Origin: Octopus vulgaris
Lineage: Eukaryota
Assembly (NCBI GenBank): GCA_951406725.2
Contig: OX597816.1
Location: 96,968,001 to 97,032,000, forward strand
Length of the DNA stretch: 64,000 bases
Direction: 5' to 3'
Part shown: positions 52,654 to 64,000 of the stretch, one piece after another
How the letters are laid out: the number at the start of each line of letters is the position of its first letter
Numbering within the stretch: the first letter of the stretch is position 1
The notes under the pieces: generated by a model
What the model saw: the letters and a program-made list of their open reading frames with translations, nothing else
What the model was told of the DNA's origin: nothing
The model's database searches: none
Translations under genes and position numbers: made by a program

Positions 52654-52658
<5 letters not shown>
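51194..52658 (+). repeat. Right arm (native 3' end of the PLE)
   Basis: Partner of 47882-49352. Confidence 0.95.
52527..52576 (+). ncRNA. Hammerhead-like motif with G3-C8 core in the PLE 3' UTR
   Basis: tttgtca-GTGAACA-g-gtcgc-ggatttta-gcgac-GAAA-atat-TT-tgacaaa. Confidence 0.6.
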
Positions 52659-52727
<69 letters not shown>

Positions 52728-53752
52728 CATATATATAGATTTATTACATGGAATACAAAAGATATAGAAAACTATGGGGAGAGGGCATGGTATTTCAGGT
52801 CCGACAGCTGTTTCTGGGGCTCGAAATTACGTAATAGTTGTAATGTTGGCCGGTGGACTGCACAAAAATTAAGAATATGCAGACAGTAGTGGATGCATAT
52901 AAGCATAACTACAAAACCGGCCTTCGTATCCATGGAAGAGGGACTGGTATCTAATGTTTCAGATCATAAAGCAAGGAATTTATGGATAGAATGGGTGAAA
53001 AAAAGCACATAGAAGTAGGTGAAAGGAAGAAATAGGCGGTTGAGGGGGAGGAGAGTGTAGAAGCAGAGAATGGGCAAGAAGAGATAGGAGAGGCTGAACA
53101 GACAGCGAGGCGGGTGAGTGACTAGAGGATTGAAAGAAGTAAAAGTCGTGAGTCTAGAAGAGAGAGGGAAGCGGCGGGATGGGCAATATTGTTAATTGTG
53201 GCGTCATTGTTGGATTTGACAATAGATGTTATTAATTAGGTATGGTGGAGGTACTATGAGAGAAGGGAGAGGCGGGTTCTGACATAAAGGGGAGGGATCT
53301 TGTTAGAGATGGCGGCAGGGAGGAAACAAAGAAAGTTGAAAAATGTAAGTCGGCTGGTGGGAGGGGGATAATACTGTAGTAGGTAGAAAATTATGCGAGT
53401 AAATAGAGGTAAATGGCCAGAGAGGGAGAAAGGGAGGGATAGGTTGGTAGCAATGCCAAGGGGTGAGTAGTGTTAAGTGACTCTGGTTGAGGATGAAGCT
53501 CGGAAGAGTTGGGGAAGGAATTCAAATAGGGTAGCGGTATAGGATGATGTGCTAGTTAGTGGAACGTGCGAAGAGAATCGATATATATATATACATGCAC
53601 ATACAGAAGTACAAATAAATGTTACAAACCTCATTAAGGGATAGCAAAATTCTCTGAAAGTACTGGTTAGCACTGTTGAACATTGCAGTTAATACTCAAC
53701 TGCAAGGTAACTATATAAGCCGTAGTTTATATATTTATTTATTATAATAAGA

Positions 53753-54743
53753 TAAGGTAATTAATAAATTATCATTTATTAATTAAAAAAACTGATGTGC
53801 ATTCCTTACAGCTGTTTCAATTCCAGACCTGAATTGACCCATATTTAAGACTTTATTATTTATTTTATTAGCATATACTAATTCCCTAGAATTATTATTT
53901 ATTTATTTATTCATGTTATATACAATATCTCTTTACCTGAGCCTCTTAGCATATTTACGTCCTGTATCTCACCAAGGGAACGCTACATATCTGAAATTTA
54001 AAATTTTTGTCCATTAGTCCTTTATCTTTATTAGTCAAGCTCAATAATAATTTTTTTAAGGGTGAAAGGTAAATCTTGTAAGTCTTTATTCATTTATTTT
54101 TTTCTCTATCTATTTTACTCTTTACTCTCTATATTTTGTTTTGTTTATTTTACTTTATTCTTGTTTTTATTTTATAATTTTTATGTATCCTAATATTAAG
54201 TTAATATTCTTATTAGTCTTTTAACCTTTTCGATATTACAATAGTAATAGATTGCCTGAATTATCTTCCACCTTAATTAGATTTTAAATATTAATAACAA
54301 CTATACATACTTGCATTAAACTCTAAATACTAATTTTCTATTGATTTAATACGGATGGACATAATATCACAATATGACATTTTTACCATTTATATCTACT
54401 TATATAAGTTTTCGTATACTTAACACTCTAAATGAATATATTGTTATATTCTTACTTTACAAACCCAGTATGCACAACCTTACTCCTCTTCTAAGGTCTA
54501 GACCATGTTTTGTACTATGTTCTTTATGTATAAATTTTATCAGTTAACGGTTTGCCGCCATTTACTCAACATGCAGGAATTGAATACCTATTTTGTATAT
54601 CTTAAACTACCTCTGAAAAGATTCGACTTTCGAATAATTTTTAACTTTATTAATTAATTTTCTGAAGGTCTGGAATTGAAACAGCTATAATAAGGGATGT
54701 TTGTCACTCTTTTAATTAATAAATAATAATTTATTAATTACCT
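53753..54743. repeat. AT-rich element with ~80-bp diverged inverted ends carrying hammerhead 3' halves
   Basis: aggtaattaataaattat...acagctgtttcaattccagacct vs aggtctggaattgaaacagcta...taatttattaattacct. Confidence 0.75.
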
Positions 54744-54781
54744 CTTTATTTTCTACACACACACGCACATACACACACGCA

Positions 54782-54836
<55 letters not shown>

Positions 54837-54949
54837 TGAAGAGGAGGTATAAGTAGAAGGGATATTCTATTAGCACGGCTAAGTTGTAATTTACAGTTCT
54901 ATCGTAATTAAGGGGCTTACATTGACATTACGTAATGGGAAAACGTTAA

Positions 54950-56050
54950 ATAAAAATGTGTTGTTTTTTTTTACATGAAACCATTTGTTTTTACATCTGA
55001 GAATCTATTGAGTAATGAGGGACTGTGGTAGCAGAGGATGGCGGGTGGTTCCCTTAAACAATTTACAAACTCTCAGGTTAGAGTTATACAGGTGAGACAT
55101 GCAAATAATAGACCAGGATAGGTGTAGGGAATACTTTGGGACCCGAAGTTGTGTATGCAAGTTACCAGAGAGGCAGATAGATTTGCGGTTCGATTAGAGA
55201 AAAAATTCTAGTGTGCTCGAAAGCAGTACTTGAAATCCACTGTGCCGCAAATGTAGACCCGTGCCTGATGGTGACGTGGAGTTATTACCTGGCATATAAA
55301 GATTAGATTATTGCGTAGGCAGAAACCTCCGAGCAGACATAGTTGGGAGACCGAACAATTGTAGGTTTTCCTACCAGCTCTGAAGCTGGAATTAATCCCT
55401 GCAGTAGTGTGGTTCGGATGAACAGTTTCTACCAAAATAGTACGGGAGGTATTAGCCTAGGAGGGTGTGTCACTACTGTTCTAAGTGGTCATATTGGACG
55501 TAGTATGGGAAAAACACCTTATAGTTCGTGTCATTGATCGGGTATGGTTTCTAAGCATTGTATTATTGCTATGTGGTGGGTTGAGGTGATACTCAGGGTG
55601 ATAGACCGTAGGGTCTATCGTCTGGTGGGGAAGATTGTGAGGTAGTTATTGATCCTAAGTTAGGCGTAGTGAAGTAGGCGATTTTAGCAGGTTTGTTTAG
55701 GGTATCATTTATGTTGTGGGAAATTGGAGTATATAATTTTTAAGAAAAGTTTAGGTAGGGATTTAACTTGAAGGGAGAAAGATGGCGCGAGCCATAGGAT
55801 CTACTGCTTCCTATTCGTAGAGGGCTTAAATTGCGGAGGTATTAAGGGTGGGTCCATGAGGATGGTTGAGGTCATTATACATTCGAGGTTTCCAGGGAGG
55901 CGAGCGAATGCAGTGTGTTTTTTTGGGGATGGTTTACTTGTGGACTGATGGAGTGTGGATGGTTGGAAGTAAGTCTGGTGCGCCAGGGTCTGTATTAAGA
56001 AAGAGAAGTGTGAGTTTTGCTATTGGTTTAGTGTTGAGTACATAGATCTT
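54950..56050 (-). mobile_element. Decayed PLE (Naiad-like GIY-YIG region)
   Basis: YNCSVSQLCLLGGFCLRNNLIFICQVIT...RVYICGTVDFKYCFRAH resembles CNC..CPL.G.C...VY......YIG.T..FK.R..H. Confidence 0.6.
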
Positions 56051-56412
56051 TTTGCGGAAACCACTGATCTACAGAGCTTGGATATAATACAGGACGTGTG
56101 GTACACTCCTCCCACGTGACGAATGGAATAACCTATTCACTATAAATAAAGTACGTGAAGTACCAAGCTCAGCCATCCAACCGGAATAGTGTATTAAACG
56201 GTGGAAGGCGGGCCAGTCACAGGTAACTTTCACGTGATATGTATAAATATTTATTTATAATTTTATTAATCTTAAATCGAAATTTTAAAAGTCGAAATTA
56301 ATTTTTATCGGAATTTTTAAAAAAAGGAAAATACGAACTCATGTTTTGTCTATCCTTCTACTGTCCCTCTTCGTTATGCCCAGTATGAAAAACAAAGTAC
56401 GTAGTAGGCAGT

Positions 56413-57257
56413 GTGGTGTGTTCGCTTTCATGTTGCAGTCTGTTATAATATTATTATTTCAGGTTTGTTGTTGAATTGCCATTGATTTTGTTGGAGGTTT
56501 TCCCTTTTGGGATTATTTTTGTTTTAAAAATTGTTTAAAGACTGTTAGTGTCAACAATCCAGGCCACACCAATAGATTTTGATAGCATACCGGAGTTTGT
56601 CATCCTTCCGGATGATACGAGAGTGAAGGTCGCTGTTCAGGGCAGAGTACCAAAGTGTTTCAGGTGTGGGTAAAAGGGACACTCAAGGAAAACGTATCCC
56701 CAGGGCCTACAACCTGAAGCACAGGGAGAAAGCCAGAGGGAGGGCAGTATGCAGCAGCAGAGAATGGAAGAGGAGGAGAAGCAACAGCAGGAGATGGTTG
56801 AAGGAGGGACAGTCACGACGGAAGAAGTAGCACTGTTGACAATTTCTATAAAGTAAGTGACGTTGAATGGCAGGTGTCTGGGAGGAAGAGAAAAAGAAAA
56901 TTACTCATTATTTTCACCATCCCAGAAACAAAAAAGCCAAAAATTACAAGACTTTACAAACAAGAACATACATGAGCATTTAACAGAAACAAACGAAAAG
57001 AATTAAAGAAAAAAATTAAAAACGCAAAAAACTGAGATGACTACAACAAGCAAAGTGAAAAAGAAAATTTTGATGATCTATGTTAGTTTTAAAAAATGTT
57101 CAATGATGTTGCCTGGGTCGTGTGGCATGGGTGACCATCATTTCATCCTTTTCATTTATTAATCATACATTTTCTAATTCGACCTTTTCTTTTTTTTTTC
57201 GACACCACATATAATGTCCCCTCTTTGTTTAGTCTCTTGTGAATAATTAAAAAATCT
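56413..57257 (+). mobile_element. Internally deleted L1/Tx1-like retroelement with 16-bp TSD
   Basis: gtacgtagtaggcagt at 56397-56412 and 57258-57273; ORF1-like FDSIPEFVILPDDTRVKVAVQGRVPKCFRCG*KGH knuckle; A-rich end. Confidence 0.7.
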
Positions 57258-57454
57258 GTACGTAGTAGGCAGTCAGACATAGTCGTGTCTTTACTGGTTT
57301 ACTGTATACTGAAGTGGGTGCTGTAACAATCTAACATTTTAAGGATTATAACATATATGTATCTCTATTTATATTTTATATATCAAATCAAAGCATGTTT
57401 ATTTGTTTATTTGCCTAATTTCTCTTTCTCTCTATTTACGTATGTATGTATATA

Positions 57455-57516
<62 letters not shown>

Positions 57517-57755
57517 AAGCATTGGCAGAAACATACTTTTAGTGCATATAAGTAGTCTCTATCATTATATATAGTTTAAACTTTAATTTCCTCTATATTT
57601 AACATTCACTATTAATATCCCTACTCTTTCTGTTAGCTACTTATGACGTTATATCATATAACGTTTTTTTAAACAATATTAATAGCGTTCTGTCTATCGC
57701 TATACGAATCCATCATTTTTTGCTAAAATGTCGTATTGACGAGTTTCGTTTTTTC

Positions 57756-57841
57756 ACTTTCCCGAAGAGAAGATTGCATTGTTTATACCTTTTATTCTTT
57801 TGAATAGTATCAGTGGAATTTTCGAAACATATGTAGAAAGT
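57756..57841 (+). ncRNA. Type I hammerhead motif (U4C variant)
   Basis: actttc-CCGAAGA-gaagatt...aattttc-GAAAC-atat-GTA-gaaagt; 6-bp stem I, 7-bp stem II base. Confidence 0.7.
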
Positions 57842-57880
57842 AAAAATACTTGTTTAAACCTGCGTTAACTCCATTTTTTA

Positions 57881-57943
<63 letters not shown>

Positions 57944-58005
57944 TTATTGAGTTAGTCATGGCCTGGGCCGATAATAGCCGAAACCAATCTACGTTATATA
58001 TACAC

Positions 58006-58045
<40 letters not shown>

Positions 58046-58653
58046 GGAGGGAGGAGAAAGAGAGAGAACTGGGCAGGCTGATATATAAACCTTGAAAAAT
58101 AACTGTTTTCTTATATTTACAATCCGGCATTGCATTAAGTCAGATCATAACCCCGGCCAGTTGATAATTATAAATATAGCAATATACGCACATATTCTCA
58201 CGTTTCAAGCGCAAATTCAACCACGATCGAAATTACATTTCATTTAGATTGCTTAGGTATCCAAGATCATTGGATTTCTTATATCGACTTTATTGAATAT
58301 ATTTCTTATCTACTCAATTGAATTTGGTATATAATAGTCCGTTCACTGATTGGACGAAGACAAAAAAAATATCTTAATGTATTTGCATCAAGATTACGCG
58401 TCTTTATCGAAATCGAAAATATACACGCAAAGATACTCAAGTCCACAGGCATGCTGACATACAGACACAACACCTGTGCATATGTAAGTTTGGTTTAAAT
58501 AAACCTATACCAAATCAGTTATTCGCAAAAGACAAGAAATGATTAAAAATAAAAATCATGAAGGCGAACAGCTGCAGACAATAATGCAACCTATTGCTTC
58601 CATTTTTTGGGTGTATTGAAATACACCAGCTTAGATTACTGAAGAATGTTTAA

Positions 58654-58733
<80 letters not shown>

Positions 58734-59716
58734 TTCTGTCTCTCGACATACACACACACACACACACATGTATACATATATATTTATAAATACTTATGGG
58801 TGTATGAGTCGATTTACGTATTCATATAGACATTCATACGCGTATGTATTTATATCTCACTGTGTGTGTTTGTCTCTAAGTATATCTATTTGTGTGCATA
58901 TGTATTTACATATACAAGAACGAGGAAGTTTAATTATGTATTCTTTATATACTGTGACTTTCTTCATATAATTCTCAATCTGAAGTTCTTGTCATTACTC
59001 TTCGAAGATATTAATGTCTTTACTAAGTTCCTTACAAAGTCTTTCCATTAAATGATTTAAAACATGAGAAAAAATAGTTAAATGTTTGCACATATAAGAG
59101 CAATAAAAACTCGCTGTATCACAGGCAACCAAACAACGTTAGTCAGAATAGTATCAGTGGATAATACATATAAACTATATGAAATTCTATACAAAAGTAG
59201 AGGATAAATAATGGAAGCAATACTCATATCGCAAATAATGCTTCAGTATACGCAAAAACAAACAACATATGCATCACAAAATTGATAGAACCTTTGCACT
59301 CGAAGTATTGATGTAGTTAAACCCACGTAAAATGAAATACAATAAAACAAAATTAACACATGAATGCTGACGTGGAAGCCAACCACTCTTAGGCGGTAAA
59401 GTCTACATAATTTCGACTAATATAAAAGAAGTCAGAAGTCAAATCTATTTCATATTCTGGAGATGAGACTGTGAAGGTATGGAAACGGCGAGTATAGATA
59501 AAGAAACTTTATTGATCCAAGCAAAGTGCAAAAAAATTAATGTGTGCATATAAAGAAAACTGCAATAAAAAGATAACACTTCATAATAATCGTGTTTTTC
59601 ATGCTATACACATATACATGCATATACATGTATATCTGTGTGTATGTTTCTATATATGAATATGAATGCACACACACACACACACACACACATAAGACAG
59701 ATACACACAGACACAG

Positions 59717-59770
<54 letters not shown>

Positions 59771-60714
59771 GCACACACACTAGGAATGCATCACGGCGTT
59801 GCCTGGTTGTTATAACTTACAGCTACATTGTATTATTTGTTCCTGTCTTATGGGCAAAATCAGCACAGCTGATTTATAGTAAACTGGATTACTGGCATAA
59901 TGGAAGCTATTGTTTGTTTAAAAGTGAAGAGGGGAGGGTACAATTTGCATGGGTTTGTATGAAAGAGATTTCTATTCTTAAGAAGGATTACAAACTATGT
60001 ATTGTTTCATCATATAAAAGGAGGCTAATACGATTTTGCCCAGAAATCACGTTTTCAAAATTTTAGTTCTCACTTCCCCCTGCAATTTCTTAATTTGTAA
60101 CTTTTACGAATTTTACAAATGTAGAAAAATACAGAAATTACGAATCTGGGTAATATATTTTATTTTAAAAGCTTAATTTTTCTTAAAGAAACACTCAATG
60201 TCCCTTCCCCCACTTAAGCTAAAAACACTATGTTTCACTTTCGTCTGATGCATCACGCATGCGTAGAAGTATACTGAAATAGCAGACTTAAAAATATTAG
60301 AGCACCACCAGAAAACCTGACATGCTAGAAACAACAAGTGAACGACATTATTTCTGAAGAAACTTCCCGCTTTCCCAAAAGCTAAAAGTGAAACGTTGGG
60401 GATTTGTAGCTGTTTGAAAGTGGATGTTTGGAAAGAAAATTTTACTGATTGTTTAAGTAAAAAGAAAGAAGAAAATTTTTAAAGGTTCGTACTCTCTGTC
60501 TTTTCTCTGTGGATTACCAAGAAAAGAAGTTCGAAATAAATAAAAAAAATTAAGAAATTGGGATGGGGAGGGAGAAAATTAAAATATTAACAACGTGTTT
60601 TGGGCGAAATCCTAATTCCCTGTATTGAAGGTTTGTGTTGTCATGTATTTTTTTACATGTATGTGTAGGTGGCACTCCCTTGCTCTCACTCTCTCTCTGT
60701 CTTTGTCTCTCTCT

Positions 60715-61436
60715 CTCTCTCTCTCACAAATTATCTTTCATATACATGTACATAAATACATATGCATACATCTTTTTTGTTTGTATGTGTGCGTGTGCAT
60801 ATGGAAGAGAAAGTGAGTGACTGTATTTCCTCATAACATATAGAAAAATAGATGTCTTTCAAGGTAACATTCATATAGAGAATGTGACGTCATCGTCGTG
60901 ATATAAAATGTCGTTTAGGATAGTTGAATTATAGGAAGAATATAATGTTAAATTTCTGTAATGCAAATATGTAAATGAAAATAAAATTTATTTGGTAGCC
61001 GAAAGGTTACTGAATCTTTTGATACCCCATATGTCAAAAGTGACAACTCCTTCTTCGAATGTATTCGTAAATTTTGTTTTATTTCTTTATGCTTTGAAGA
61101 GAGTAGAAGTTGAAAGAGAAGAGAAAATGAAACAGCGACATTTGCTTTGAAGTGAGAGCCAAAAGTGAAAGATAGGAGAAAGTGAAAGCTGTATGTACGT
61201 GTATATGTAATGGACGTGTGTGTGTTTGTGTGCGTGCGTGCGTGTGCGTGTGAGAGAGAGATAAGGAGAGAGAGTGAGTGAGTGAAGGTGTGTCTTGTCA
61301 TGTATGTGTAAGTGGTACTCACTCGGTCTCTATCTCTGTCTCACACACACATATCTTTCATATACACGTACATAAATACGCATTTTTGTATATATGAGTG
61401 CGTGTGCATGTGAGAGAGAGTAAGAGTTAGATAGAT

Positions 61437-61476
<40 letters not shown>

Positions 61477-61742
61477 TGAGTGACTATATTTGTCATGATG
61501 TCATGATATATAGAGAAATGGATGTCTTTTAAGTAATGGATGTCTTTTATACACTCACATAGAAAATGTGACGTCGCCGTAGTATAACTGTTTACGATAG
61601 TTGACTTATAGAAAATATTATAATGTGAAATTGTTGTAATGCAAGGATATGAAAATGAAAATAATGTTTATTTAGTAGTCGTAAGATTACTGAATCTTTT
61701 GATACCCATACGTCAAAATCTTTAACTCAGTTTCCGAATGCA
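60715..61742. repeat. Diverged direct duplication (~350-400 bp; 60715-61065 vs 61340-61742)
   Basis: Shared gaaagtgagtgact, aatgtgacgtc and ttactgaatcttttgataccc. Confidence 0.8.
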
Positions 61743-61750
61743 TAAGGAAG

Positions 61751-61835
<85 letters not shown>

Positions 61836-61997
61836 TAAACACACTCTCTCTCTTTTATATATATGGAAGATGTCCCTATCTGTTTTCTCTGTCTTCTCTC
61901 TGTCTGTTTCACATTCCCTGCGTGTCTATCTCTTCCTGTCTCCTCCCTTTCCCTGAATCTAACACTTTTGTATCCATATCATTTATATCATATAAAA

Positions 61998-62300
61998 ATC
62001 TCTAAAACTTTCCAAAAGTTTATCATTTAAATATATGTATGAGCATGTCTAGATATGTAACTCTGTGCATGAGAATGCATTCATAAAACATACAAATCTG
62101 CACATACATAATACATACATACATACATACATACATACATACATACATACATACATACATACACACATACATACATACATACATACATACATACATACAT
62201 ACATACGTACGTACATACATGCAAAAATACCCTGTGGTTGATGTTAAAATTCTAATGAAGGAACCTTGGATCTAGGCTAGAAACCAGTTCTTTCTCTATT
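61998..62300 (+). mobile_element. 3' UTR-only copy of the R4/Dong-like family at 2985-4010
   Basis: Reverse complement of 3016-3290, including internal (CATA)n and aaccttggatctagg.tagaaacc..ttctttctctatt. Confidence 0.85.
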
Positions 62301-62318
62301 ACGCATTGTCATATACAT

Positions 62319-63508
62319 CTCTATATATAAAACTGAAATGCGTTTTTACCGCTTGGATCGCTTTCAATGCCACTACATCCCGTCCGATTAGCTCCAAAAT
62401 TTACAGGGACATGTAGAATGAGGTGACGAAGCTCGTGGGCTACCTTAGAAATCCCTATCTTAAAAGGTGTGGTTGCTAGGGGCCATCTTCCTCACTCACG
62501 CTATTTCCTCCAATACCCTCTCACTCCTCTTCATATTTAACTTTGAGAATTCCACTACCGTTATTTAAAGTATCTGTCACTCTCGCTATTTCCTCTCTTT
62601 TTCACTCACTCTATTTCTTAGCTTCCCATAACTTTTACTCATGTATCTGTCTGCATATATAGAGAGAAACAAATATTCCATCGCCATCGCCACCGCATTC
62701 TATTGTCAACCTGTCAACGCGCTCACTCTCGCTATTTCCTCTCTGTTTCACTCACTCTGTTTCCATCACGTCGGTGTTCTTTGATGTATCTGTCTGTCTC
62801 CAACAACACACGAGCATGAGAACAAATATTATGAATCAGATATTCTTGCGTTCATTTATATATGTGTGTGTGTGTGTGTTCTATATATAAATATGTATAT
62901 ATAATGTATGTGTGTGTGTGTATGTTCTATATATAAATATATATATATAATGTATGTGTGTGTGTGTTCTATATATAAATATGTATATATAATGTACGTG
63001 TGTGTATGTGTGTATGTTCAATATTTAACTATGTATATATAATGTACGTGTGTGTGTGTGTTCTATATATAAATATGTATATATAATGTATGTATGTGTG
63101 TGTGTTCTATATATAAATATGTATATATAATGTATGTGTGTGTGTGTGTTCTATATATAAATATGTATATATAATGTATGTGTGTGTGTGTGTTTGTGTG
63201 TTCTATATATAAATATGTATATATACAAAGTGTATATATCTGTATTTATGTATATTAAACTTTTTCATACTTTTTCATAGTTATATATATGTTTAAACAA
63301 ATTATAAATATAATTTAATAATTTTTATTTTCAATTTCAATAATTTAAATTTTTCAATTTTATATTTTATATATTTTCTATATTATATTTTTTTTAATGT
63401 TTTTGTTTTTGGTTTTTCACTTTTTGATTTGCCTATTAGTAGTTTTATCTCTAATTTAATTTATACAGATATATATCTCATTTGTATACATTTGTATATA
63501 TAATGCGT

Positions 63509-63599
<91 letters not shown>

Positions 63600-63835
63600 G
63601 TGTGCATTACGTAGTCGGTCGATTCAGCTGAAAATATGCACACCTATGTTAAAAGTGCTGGCAAGTTTGCATGACAACTACTTTTTTCCTCAAATGAAAG
63701 GCGTCACCTCTAGGACAAAATTCCTCATCTTATAAAATGTGGCCCCAGTAGGCCCGAATGAAATCGGGTTATATTAACCAAAATGTGAAAAGGGGTCTAA
63801 ATGGGGCTGGAAGGGGATTAAAATTTCAAGGAGCG
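62319..63835 (+). mobile_element. Non-autonomous Helitron-like composite
   Basis: Starts TCtctatatataaaa with a ccgattagctccaaaatttaca motif; internal tcactctcgctatttcctc repeats; 63716-63830 matches 19611-19672 and 19780-19825. Confidence 0.5.
62858..63228. repeat. ~40-bp minisatellite, about 8 units of (GT)n-tctatatataaatatgtatatataatgtat
   Basis: Direct reading. Confidence 0.9.
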
Positions 63836-64000
63836 GGTGTTTAGGAATTCTCTGTTACATCAAGCTAAAAAATTTGCGCCAGCCTTTTAATCGTCAATGT
63901 ATTGCCGTCTATGATAAAGAAGTCTTGAATGGTTGCCATGGTGAGTCTACTGTCGTGAGAAAGAATCACTTCAAAACTAAGTGATTACGAATTTTCTTTT

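Larger units (their letters stand above)
47822..52658 (+). mobile_element. Young Penelope-like retroelement with inverted pseudo-LTR, flanked by (TA)n
   Basis: RT + GIY-YIG ORF; 47882-49352 is the reverse complement of 51194-52658; (TA)n at both ends. Confidence 0.95.

Noticed and set aside
47882-52658. DNA transposon, DIRS element, or retron/group II intron interpretation of the RT with inverted repeats
   Set aside because: The arms include coding sequence, no transposase or tyrosine recombinase is present, and RT + GIY-YIG is diagnostic of PLEs
62858-63228. CRISPR-like array
   Set aside because: Spacers are (GT)n rather than unique sequence; eukaryotic context with no cas genes

Overview
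AT-rich, microsatellite-saturated eukaryotic DNA with no recognisable host exon. The SINE families and repeat style suggest a coleoid cephalopod such as Octopus (inference). Almost all short ORFs are translated (TA)n/(CA)n/(CATA)n/triplet repeats. The window is a transposon graveyard: a Gypsy integrase plus 3' LTR, R4/Dong-like and RTE-like LINE fragments, mariner, Helitron/HINE pieces, tRNA-derived SINEs, an L1/Tx1-like element with a 16-bp TSD, and many Penelope-like element (PLE) relics. The standout is a young PLE at about 47.8-52.7 kb. It has an uninterrupted RT + GIY-YIG frame and a ~1.47-kb inverted copy of its own 3' end, and each arm carries a hammerhead-like fold whose core reads GUGAACA, a compensatory G3-C8 swap of the canonical CUGANGA. 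At least six further type I hammerhead motifs and four smaller fold-back elements lie between (TA)n tracts. Boundaries of decayed elements were read by eye and are approximate.
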